Origin: a virus
DNA: 64,000 nucleotides
Virus record (IMG/VR): IMGVR_UViG_3300045454_000119
Location: 3,173-67,172 of that record
Strand: one strand, 5' to 3'
Made by a program: the position numbers and the translations under genes. Below the pieces are notes generated by a model that saw only the letters and a program-made list of their open reading frames with translations, was not told the DNA's origin and ran no database searches. Position 1 is the first letter of the stretch. Each line of letters starts with the position of its first letter. Shown piece after piece: positions 55,243 to 62,896 of the stretch.

Positions 55243-55376
55243 TTGACTCACCTCCCGCCGCCGTGCCAGGCTGACCGCGGGTAGACGCACACCGGCCTTC
55301 CCTCAGCCCACTGAGGGGTGGCGTCATGCACTAGAAGGTTTCTCGTGCCCGCCCCTCACATCGGAGGGCACGACCC

Positions 55377-56444
55377 ATGTCCAACCTGACGAAGGCGTCC
55401 CGGCAGCTCTACGGCCGCAAGCCCGACGAGTGCGTCGAGGGCCTCCCGGCCCTGCTCCGGCGGTGCCGCGAGCAGAAGGCCGCGAGCCTCGACCGGTGGC
55501 AGCTCCCGAAGGCGATCGAGCCGGTCCCCGCCCACGACGGCGTGGGGCTCCGGCTCGGGGCCGAGGGGACGTTCGGGCTGAACGACTGGAGCTTCACCCA
55601 GCTCTGCAAGATGGCGGGCGTGTCGAAGGACACGCTCAACAAGCTCACCCCGGGGACGGCGGCCCAGGCCCTGGCGGAGACCCTGCCGGTCGGCAAGAAG
55701 CCGACCCAGGTGCTCACCGAGGCCGGCGCCGTCCGGTCCGTCCACGGCACGAACTACAGCCGGCTGTGGAACGCCGACCTGGTCGAGGCCGTGGCCGACG
55801 CGGCGGGCGGGTTCGGCCCGCCCCCGAGGGCGTACACCGGGGCGACCGGGCTGTACCTGGGCGAGCAGGACGTGTTCGCGTTCCTGGTCGACCCGGACGG
55901 CTGGTGCGAGGTCGACGGGGAGGCGTTCGCCCCCGGCTTCTTCGTGTGGAACTCGGAGGTCGGCCGGCGGAGTGTCGGCATCCAGACCTTCTGGTTCCAG
56001 GCCGTCTGCCAGAACCACATCGTCTGGGACGCGACCGAGATCGAGGAGTCCGTCTGGACGCACACCGCCAAGGTCGACGAGGCGGTCCCGACCATCAAGG
56101 CCCTGGTGGCCCAGCTCGCCCGGAAGCGGGACGAGCGGAAGGACACGTTCGTGAGGGTGCTCAAGAGGGCGGCCGAGGCCGTCCTCGGGGCCGACGCGGA
56201 CGAGGTCTTGAAGGTGCTCGGCCGGCACGGCATCCCGGCCGGCCTCGGGCGGATGGCCTGCGAGCAGTGCCACCGGCAGGGGAAGCGGTTCACGATCTTC
56301 GCCCTGGTGGACGCCCTCACCCAGCTCAACCGGGAGGTGAGGTTCGCCGGCGACCGCACCGACGCGGACGTCCGGGCGGCCTCGCTGCTCAAGCTCGTCT
56401 TCGACAAGGGCGACGCCATCGCCCTGCCGGCCCTGTCTGTCTGA
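55377..56444 (+). CDS. DUF932-like protein (second, divergent type)
   Basis: 'LNDWSFTQLC', 'YSRLWN', 'GFFVWNSEVG', 'VCQNHIVW'. Confidence 0.8.
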   Translation: MSNLTKASRQLYGRKPDECVEGLPALLRRCREQKAASLDRWQLPKAIEPVPAHDGVGLRLGAEGTFGLNDWSFTQLCKMAGVSKDTLNKLTPGTAAQALAETLPVGKKPTQVLTEAGAVRSVHGTNYSRLWNADLVEAVADAAGGFGPPPRAYTGATGLYLGEQDVFAFLVDPDGWCEVDGEAFAPGFFVWNSEVGRRSVGIQTFWFQAVCQNHIVWDATEIEESVWTHTAKVDEAVPTIKALVAQLARKRDERKDTFVRVLKRAAEAVLGADADEVLKVLGRHGIPAGLGRMACEQCHRQGKRFTIFALVDALTQLNREVRFAGDRTDADVRAASLLKLVFDKGDAIALPALSV

Positions 56445-56530
56445 GCCGTCACCACCCCGGCCGTCAACACAACCCTCTGCGAAGAGGCTTTCCATATGCC
56501 CCATCCACTCCAGTTCCGGAGGATCGAGCC

Positions 56531-56878
56531 GTGGCGAAGAAGAAGCAGAACGGTCACGAGGCCCACCCGAACCCCGAGCCCAACGGCTCCGGCGGGACGC
56601 GACGCCCGCCCGTCCATGAGGTAAGACTCGGGCGGATACGGGCGACCGTGTGGCAGAACGAAAGCGAAAACGGTGATGCGTGGTTCAGCGTGACCATCAG
56701 CCGGAGCTACAAGGATTCCAAGGGGGAGTGGCGGACCGCGAACAGCTACGGCAGGGACGATCTTCTGGTCGTCAGTGAGTGCTGCCGGCTGGCGTTCCTG
56801 TGGGTGGTGTACCAGACGGTGTCCGTCCGGAGCCCGCTGCCCCAGACGAAGCCGCCGGAGGAGGAGGTCCCGATCTGA
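56531..56878 (+). CDS. Small ssDNA-binding-like mobile-element protein
   Basis: 'PVHEVRLGRIRATVWQN...WFSVTISRSYKD..GEWR...YGRDDLLV'. Confidence 0.7.
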   Translation: MAKKKQNGHEAHPNPEPNGSGGTRRPPVHEVRLGRIRATVWQNESENGDAWFSVTISRSYKDSKGEWRTANSYGRDDLLVVSECCRLAFLWVVYQTVSVRSPLPQTKPPEEEVPI

Positions 56879-56982
56879 CCCGGGTGGCCAACAACCTGAA
56901 GCAGATCGGCGACCCCACCCCGAAGCAGTCCGAGAGAAGGTTTTCCAAGGAAGGTTCCTTGAGGCATGAATGCCACCCTTTC

Positions 56983-57717
56983 TCACACGTCGAGCCGGAA
57001 CAACGTCCGGGCCGCGGCCTCGCACCGGTTGAACGCCCGCTCGGCCTCCTTCGGGGAGTACGCCGCCGCCTTGCGCTGGGCGAACACGGAATCCTCGTAC
57101 CTGATCTCGCCGGCGTCGGCGGTCACCCGGAAGACGCTCTGGGCGTTGACCACCACGAGGACGCCGTCGACCAGGAACCGGTCCGAGGTCGGCCAGGAGT
57201 ACATCAGCTTGTCGAACGGCACCAGGTAGGCGGCCCGCTCGGGGCCGACGAACCCATTCCGGAGTTCGGCCAGCCACTCCCGCTCGCCGCCTTGCCCCGC
57301 CCGCCAGGCGTACCCGCCGAGGACGGTGACCTCCGGCACGGCGAGCGACCACCCGGGCTTGCCGACCTTCAGGAGCCACGTCGGGTCGCAGACGATCGCC
57401 TGGACGCTCGCCGCCTGCTGGACGAGCAGCATCACGTCATCCTTCAAGTCCTCGCCGATCCCCGCGTCCTCGTGCAGCTCGCCCTCCCACCGCTCGCCGC
57501 ACACAATGCGCAGGAGGCCGGCGACGGCCGGGTCGCAACCGTACAGCTCAATCATCCTCTCCAACAGGTCGGGCGGAGGGCGGCGGATGCCGCCACGCTC
57601 CAGCTTGTTCAGGTTCGTCCGGTTGACGCCGAGCAGCTTGGCCGTCTCGCTCTGGCTCAGGTCGGGCCGGTATCGGGTCCGGAGGTTCCGGATCAGGTTG
57701 TTGGCGGTATCGGGCAT
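56983..57717 (-). CDS. XRE-family HTH regulator
   Basis: 'LSQSETAKLLGVNRTNLNKLERG..RP'. Confidence 0.85.
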   Translation of the reverse strand: MPDTANNLIRNLRTRYRPDLSQSETAKLLGVNRTNLNKLERGGIRRPPPDLLERMIELYGCDPAVAGLLRIVCGERWEGELHEDAGIGEDLKDDVMLLVQQAASVQAIVCDPTWLLKVGKPGWSLAVPEVTVLGGYAWRAGQGGEREWLAELRNGFVGPERAAYLVPFDKLMYSWPTSDRFLVDGVLVVVNAQSVFRVTADAGEIRYEDSVFAQRKAAAYSPKEAERAFNRCEAAARTLFRLDV

Positions 57718-57759
57718 CGAGATCCCTCGCGGGGTGCTGGAAATATAGCAGGTGCCCGG

Positions 57760-57890
57760 ACCCATTCAACGAGTGAAAAAAAGTTGGCAACTAGTGCTTG
57801 ATTCCTTTCACACCCGGGGTATGATCAGTAGGTAAGCCGTGGAAACCATGAAGCCTGCCCCCGTCCGGGGGTTGAGGAGGTGCCAGCACT
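57760..57890. promoter_or_regulatory. Divergent promoter region, possible oriT
   Basis: AT-rich; TTGATT-17-TATGAT; upstream of MobC-like/relaxase genes; nic site not identified. Confidence 0.45.
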
Positions 57891-58040
57891 TCATGACCGA
57901 ACAATCCGACTGACCACACCGAACGACTAGACCACCCGAGCGCCCGCGTTAGCGGGCCCGCACCCGGCACGCCCGGACGGGGCCACACCGCACGACCCCC
58001 ACCACGTTCAACGGCGGCCAAACCGCCGGAGGGTACCGCA

Positions 58041-58481
58041 TTGTCCGAAGCCACCCTGCAAGGGGCCGAAGAGGCCCCCAAAGAGGCCCCCAGAGAAACC
58101 GACGGCCCGAAGAAGAAGAAGGCGAAGACGGTCCTGATCGGCGCCCGGGTCAGCGAGCCCGAGGCCGAGGCCTACTGGCAGAGGCTGGCGTTCCTCCAGT
58201 TCGGTAATTCCGACGCGTTGCGGGCCTTCATCCGGGACGTGGCCGAAGACCGCGTGCTGCTCGGCTACGGCGGCGAGGGCCTCCACCTCTACTGCCCCGA
58301 CAGCGCGCTCCTGACCCGGGTGGCCCTGACGGTCGCCGCCCCGGAGGTCGCGCGGCTGCTGGGCCGGTACAAGGCCGAGCGGCTGGGCGGCGAGACGCTG
58401 GAGCGGTGGGCCGAACGGACCCACCCGGGGGACGACGGCCTGGAGCTGCTGGTCCGCCAGCTCCGAGAGGAGGTGGGGTGA
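58041..58481 (+). CDS. MobC-like ribbon-helix-helix accessory protein
   Basis: 'KTVLIGARVSEPEAEAY...SDALRAFIRD'; coupled to relaxase-like gene; start uncertain. Confidence 0.55.
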   Translation: MSEATLQGAEEAPKEAPRETDGPKKKKAKTVLIGARVSEPEAEAYWQRLAFLQFGNSDALRAFIRDVAEDRVLLGYGGEGLHLYCPDSALLTRVALTVAAPEVARLLGRYKAERLGGETLERWAERTHPGDDGLELLVRQLREEVG

Positions 58482-60202
58482 TGGCCGGCATAACGGAGGG
58501 TCGCATCGCGACCGAGTACGTCAAAACTCCCCGCTTCATCAGCGAGTGGCTGGCCTCGCAGATCACCCTCATCAGCGAGGGGACCCGGCGGGTCGAGTTC
58601 ACCGAGCAGATGTTCCGGGACAAGCCCCGGGAGACCCTGACAGCCTTCCTCGGGCGGGTCCACCCGGAGACCGGGAAGCCGTTCATCCAGCAGTCGGAGA
58701 AGTCGAAGACGTGGAACCACGGGTGGATCGATTCGGTCGACAAGACCGTGACCACCTGGCTGCTGCTCCAGGACGACAAGACCTTCTGGTCGGTGATGAG
58801 GGGGATGGGCGAGGCGTCCGCCAAGGCCCAGGCCCTTCAAGACCCCGGCTGCCTCGTCCGGGCGAAGGTCGACGGGAAGCGGGTGCTCCACTCGGCCGCC
58901 ACCATGTCGGTCATCCTCGGCGGGCTGTTCAATTCCGCCGGCCAGTTCTCCCCCCACAACCACGAGGTCGGCATCCAGGGCGGGGCCCGCCCGGACGGCA
59001 CCGCCCGGAGCGAGGCCCAGGCCCAGGCCCGGAAGTGGGGCCGGGAGGCCCGCCGGGAGCACTTCCAGCGCGGGATGGTGGAGGTCCTGGAGGGGCACGG
59101 GGCCCCCGTCATCTTCGAGAAGGGGAGGGCCGTGGTGACCGGCCTCCGGCCCGAGCTGGTGGACGCCTGCACCGGGGCGCAGGCCCACAAGATCGCCGAG
59201 TACCTGAAGCAGAACGGCCTGCCCGACACCGCCAAGGCCCGGCGGATCGCGGCGGCGAACGTCCGGAACGAGAAGCTCAACTTCGCCAGCCCGGAGGAGG
59301 CCCTGGCCCGGCTGGAGCAGTGCCGCAATCACGCCTTGCAGATGAACCGGGTGCTGGCCGAGCAGGCCGCCCGGGAGGCCGCACAACTGGCGGCGGCGGC
59401 CCGGCAGGCGGCCGAGCGGCATGGGCAGCAGGCCCGGACGCAGCAACAGCCCCCGCCCCAGGGGCAACCCCAGCAGCCCCAGCAGCAGGCCCAGCAGAAG
59501 GCAAAGGCACAGGTTCAACAACAACCCCAGGGACAGGGGCAACCTCAGGGCCAACAGCAGGCCCAAGGGCAGGTCCAGTCCCAGGCCAAGGGCCAACAGC
59601 AGCAGGCCCAGCAGCAGGCCCAGGCACAGGGCCAACAACAGCAAACCCATGTTCAGGGCCAGGGCCAACAGCAGCAACCCACCCCGGGCCAGACGGCCGC
59701 CGCCCGGAACCAGCAGATCGAGCGGGAGGTGGCCGAGCAGTTCTCCCACCCGGTCGTCACCATGCACCGGCGGGGCCTCTACGTCGTGCACAACGCCCAC
59801 CTGTTCATCGAGGTCACGAAGAAGCAGCGGTACACCGCCGCGCAGACGCTCGACCGGGCCTACCTGGGGGCGCGGTCGGAGCTGACGAACGAGAGCTGGA
59901 ACGGCGTCGCCACCGCCCTGACCATCCTGGCGGTCATGGCCAAGCACGTCGTCCGCACCCGCCTGGAGCGGATGGGGCCGGAGCGGTCCAGCACGGTGAT
60001 CGTCCCCAAGGCCCAGTGGGAGCAGCTCAAGGCCGACCGGATGCTCGGCCGCCTCTACGTCCGGGCCAAGGCCCAGGGGTGGACGCTGCGAATGGTCGGC
60101 ATGGGCCAGGAGGAGCACCTGCGGCACGAGCGGCAGGCCAAGAAGGCGGTCCAGAAGGGGATCGACAAACGCGAGCAGTACCAGGGCTACGAGATCCAAT
60201 AA
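58481..60202 (+). CDS. Divergent TrwC/MOBF-like relaxase with poly-Q linker
   Basis: 'LGRVHPETGKP', 'SAGQFSPHNH' (cf. SRAGDPQLHTH), 'GLRPELVD', 'RRIAAANVRNEK'. Confidence 0.65.
   Translation: MAGITEGRIATEYVKTPRFISEWLASQITLISEGTRRVEFTEQMFRDKPRETLTAFLGRVHPETGKPFIQQSEKSKTWNHGWIDSVDKTVTTWLLLQDDKTFWSVMRGMGEASAKAQALQDPGCLVRAKVDGKRVLHSAATMSVILGGLFNSAGQFSPHNHEVGIQGGARPDGTARSEAQAQARKWGREARREHFQRGMVEVLEGHGAPVIFEKGRAVVTGLRPELVDACTGAQAHKIAEYLKQNGLPDTAKARRIAAANVRNEKLNFASPEEALARLEQCRNHALQMNRVLAEQAAREAAQLAAAARQAAERHGQQARTQQQPPPQGQPQQPQQQAQQKAKAQVQQQPQGQGQPQGQQQAQGQVQSQAKGQQQQAQQQAQAQGQQQQTHVQGQGQQQQPTPGQTAAARNQQIEREVAEQFSHPVVTMHRRGLYVVHNAHLFIEVTKKQRYTAAQTLDRAYLGARSELTNESWNGVATALTILAVMAKHVVRTRLERMGPERSSTVIVPKAQWEQLKADRMLGRLYVRAKAQGWTLRMVGMGQEEHLRHERQAKKAVQKGIDKREQYQGYEIQ
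59420..59700 (+). repeat. Low-complexity Gln-rich coding repeat
   Basis: QQQPPPQGQPQQPQQQAQQ... in frame within 58481-60202. Confidence 0.9.
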
Positions 60203-60221
60203 CCCCGTTGGGAGGTTCGTC

Positions 60222-60509
60222 ATGAACTGGCTCAAGGAGCACGTCGTCGAGCCGTGGGCGGAGGCGCTGGGCAGCCTGATCGACGCCCTGCACGTCCTCT
60301 TCTACATGGCCGTGTACCTGTTCGTCTTCATCGGCCTGCCGGTGATCGTCGCCTTCGTGCTGTGCGTCGTCTTCCGACTGCCGACGCGGGTCATGGGGTA
60401 CGCCGCCCTGTTCGGGCTCGTGATGCTCAGGGCCTGGACGGGGGGCCTGAGCGTGATCTACCGGCCGATCGACCGCGGGCGCGACCTCGACGACCCGACG
60501 AACGGATGA
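60222..60509 (+). CDS. Small multi-pass membrane protein
   Basis: Hydrophobic; GGAGG RBS. Confidence 0.7.
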   Translation: MNWLKEHVVEPWAEALGSLIDALHVLFYMAVYLFVFIGLPVIVAFVLCVVFRLPTRVMGYAALFGLVMLRAWTGGLSVIYRPIDRGRDLDDPTNG

Positions 60510-60553
60510 GACGTCCGCGACTTTCTCACCACCAACCCTCGGAGGGCTCACAG

Positions 60554-61990
60554 ATGCGGGCACGGATCCTAGCCGGACTGAGCTGGCTGCTCATCCTTAT
60601 GAGCTGGCTCTACTCCCTCGTCAAAGGGCAAGGGCGGAGGTTCTTCCTCGTCCGGGACCCGAGCAGTTATGGCCTCGGCCTCTGCACGTTCGGGGTCAAG
60701 CGCAGCGGCAAGACGACGGTCATCCTGAAGATACTCGGGCAAGCCTGGATGCGAGGCGAGGCGGTCATCGCGGTCGACACGGGTGATTGTTTGTACGAGC
60801 GTGCACTCAATCTTTCGCCACCGGGAACGCCGGTCTACCGGTACAACGTGATCCGGAAGGACGGCTACGGCGTCGACTTCGCGAACGTGATGGACACGTA
60901 CCCCCGCATCCTCCAGGTGGCCGACAAGTTCTTCCAGGGCAAGCCCGGCGACCGGAACGAGTTCTGGCAATCGAACGGCAAGGCGTACTTCATCGCCGGC
61001 GTGCAGGCCCTAAACCACTTCGCCCCCGGCCGCTGGGTCCCGATGGACCTGATCAGCCTCCTCTTCAACAGAGACCTGTTCGACGCCGTGTGTGCGGAGA
61101 CGAAGGGCAAGGTTCCGAACCCGCTGCTGATCCTGGGGCGGGGCCAGGCGGCCCACGACGTGGCCGGGACCGTCCAGGCCGCCCTGCTCCCGATCGTGAG
61201 CTACGCGGCGTTGTGCGACCACCTGCCGCTCCACAACCCGCTGGAGGTCGCCCGGACCCGGCACGGGACGATCATCTGCGAGTGGGTCGACGCCGTGAGC
61301 GCGGCGAACGAGCGGATGTTCGCCGTGGTGCTCGACGCGTGCGGGGAGGTGGGGATCTCGGCGACGGCCCCGGCCAAGACGCTCTGGTTCAACGCCGACG
61401 AGATACGATCTCTCGTCCGCATGAACTTTATGGTTCCGATGGCCCTCCGGGGCCGACGGGCGAAGTGCAACCTGCTCATGAGCGTCCACGAGGTCGACGG
61501 GATGTACGACCGGTACGGGACCCACGCCGGGAAGGAGATCCTGGGCGTCCTGGGCATCAAGGTGTTCCTCCGCCTCGGGGGGTCGAGCACGGTCACCTTC
61601 GCGGCCGACACCTTCTCGAAGATCGAATACCTGCGGGGCGTTCGGAAGCACGACCCGAACTTGTTCGTCGGCCACGAGCAGCAGCGGAGGGACGATGTCT
61701 CGTGGAGCGTGGTCGAGCGGTACGTCATCGACCCGTCGGAGTTCCTCACGATCCCGTACCCGGACGTCGACAACGATCGCCTGGTCGGGGCGGCCATCTC
61801 GCCGGACCACCGCGGGTGGTTCACGACCCACTTCGTGAAGGAAACGACCCCGCCCAACCCCATCCCGGGCGACCCCTGCCCGCCGGAGTGGTTCACCCCG
61901 CGCTTCCGAGGCGAGGCCGACATGTTAAGGCTCGGAATCCGCCCCACGACCGCCATCCTGGACGCCCTGCAAGGCCGGAGGCGGCCGTGA
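60554..61990 (+). CDS. Type IV coupling protein (TrwB/TraD-like ATPase)
   Basis: N-terminal TM, Walker A 'GVKRSGKTT', 'NEFW', 'WFNADEI', 'YG...KEILG...KVFLRL', 'PSEF'. Confidence 0.82.
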   Translation: MRARILAGLSWLLILMSWLYSLVKGQGRRFFLVRDPSSYGLGLCTFGVKRSGKTTVILKILGQAWMRGEAVIAVDTGDCLYERALNLSPPGTPVYRYNVIRKDGYGVDFANVMDTYPRILQVADKFFQGKPGDRNEFWQSNGKAYFIAGVQALNHFAPGRWVPMDLISLLFNRDLFDAVCAETKGKVPNPLLILGRGQAAHDVAGTVQAALLPIVSYAALCDHLPLHNPLEVARTRHGTIICEWVDAVSAANERMFAVVLDACGEVGISATAPAKTLWFNADEIRSLVRMNFMVPMALRGRRAKCNLLMSVHEVDGMYDRYGTHAGKEILGVLGIKVFLRLGGSSTVTFAADTFSKIEYLRGVRKHDPNLFVGHEQQRRDDVSWSVVERYVIDPSEFLTIPYPDVDNDRLVGAAISPDHRGWFTTHFVKETTPPNPIPGDPCPPEWFTPRFRGEADMLRLGIRPTTAILDALQGRRRP

Positions 61991-62199
61991 TCAACAAGCG
62001 CCTGCTCCACGACTGCACCATGGCCCTGACGGCGGCGATCACGGAGATGTACCGGGTCCAGGACGAGGAAGAATACCGGGAAACGTTCTGGACCATCCAC
62101 CCGGCCGTGGAGGCCGGGATCCTGTACGCCCTGGAGGCGCAGCAGAAGGAGCTACGCCGGCTCGGGAAGCTGAGAGTCCCACCCCCCTCGGAGAACTGA
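61987..62199 (+). CDS. Hypothetical protein
   Basis: GTGA-coupled; MINKRLLHDCT... Confidence 0.65.
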   Translation: MINKRLLHDCTMALTAAITEMYRVQDEEEYRETFWTIHPAVEAGILYALEAQQKELRRLGKLRVPPPSEN

Positions 62200-62202
62200 C
62201 CC

Positions 62203-62427
62203 ATGGGAAGGCCGCGAAAGGTCCCGCCCGCCCCGTCGGCGGACCCGGATACCCTGGTCGCCGACGTGCTCGACGAGGTGAAGACCGTCCTGAAGGAGAA
62301 CGGGATCGCCATCCCGCTCCCCGTGTGGATCGAGGCCCAGCAGGCGGCTGCCGCCCTGCTGAACAAGGCCAACAACCCGAACCTGACCAACCCCGCCACC
62401 CCCAACGGAGTCCCGAGCCATGACTGA
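62203..62427 (+). CDS. Hypothetical protein
   Basis: MGRPRK (AT-hook-like) start. Confidence 0.55.
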   Translation: MGRPRKVPPAPSADPDTLVADVLDEVKTVLKENGIAIPLPVWIEAQQAAAALLNKANNPNLTNPATPNGVPSHD

Positions 62428-62659
62428 CCCCTTCAAGCCGAGCCGCTCCGACTACTCGTTCGGCTTCGCCTGCGCCGTCCTGTTCTGCCTGTTCGTGATC
62501 GGCATGTCCATTCGCGAGTCGGTCGCCTGGGCCTCCCTCGGCGTCTTGGTGCTCGCGGCCGTCGTGATGCCGTTCCTCGCGGCGCTCCTCAGGAGCGCCC
62601 CCGGCCGGTGGCTCGCCCGCTGGCTGTTAAAACCGCAGAAGGGGGGGCAACCCCAATGA
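62420..62659 (+). CDS. Two-TM membrane protein
   Basis: Hydrophobic segments; coupled genes. Confidence 0.6.
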   Translation: MTDPFKPSRSDYSFGFACAVLFCLFVIGMSIRESVAWASLGVLVLAAVVMPFLAALLRSAPGRWLARWLLKPQKGGQPQ

Positions 62660-62880
62660 CCGCCCGGCCGCTGACGGTCGCGGAGGCTGCGGAGACCACC
62701 CGGCTCTCGAAGAGCTTGCTCTACGAGTTGTGCCGACTCGGAAAACTCAAGCACTACCGGGTCGGCGCCCGCGGGAAGGGGAGAATCCTCATCGCCCCCG
62801 ACGACCTGGACACCCTCATGAGGGACTGCCGGGTGGAAGACCCGGCGGACGACGACGGGCCGCTGAAGCACTTCCGGTGA
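62656..62880 (+). CDS. xis: Excisionase-like HTH protein
   Basis: 'LTVAEAA...LSKSLLYELCRLGKLKHYRVG...I.I...DLD'. Confidence 0.85.
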   Translation: MTARPLTVAEAAETTRLSKSLLYELCRLGKLKHYRVGARGKGRILIAPDDLDTLMRDCRVEDPADDDGPLKHFR

Positions 62881-62896
62881 CCCGCCGGCGGCGGTG

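Larger units (their letters stand above)
7340..55250. mobile_element. HK97-like siphovirus prophage (boundaries approximate; may extend to the integrase at 64000)
   Basis: Replication, packaging, head, tail and lysis modules in canonical order; no att repeats identified. Confidence 0.9.

Noticed and set aside
59420-59700. Repetitive CAG/CAA tract as CRISPR or satellite
   Set aside because: In-frame poly-Q coding sequence; no repeat-spacer pattern and no cas genes seen in the window.
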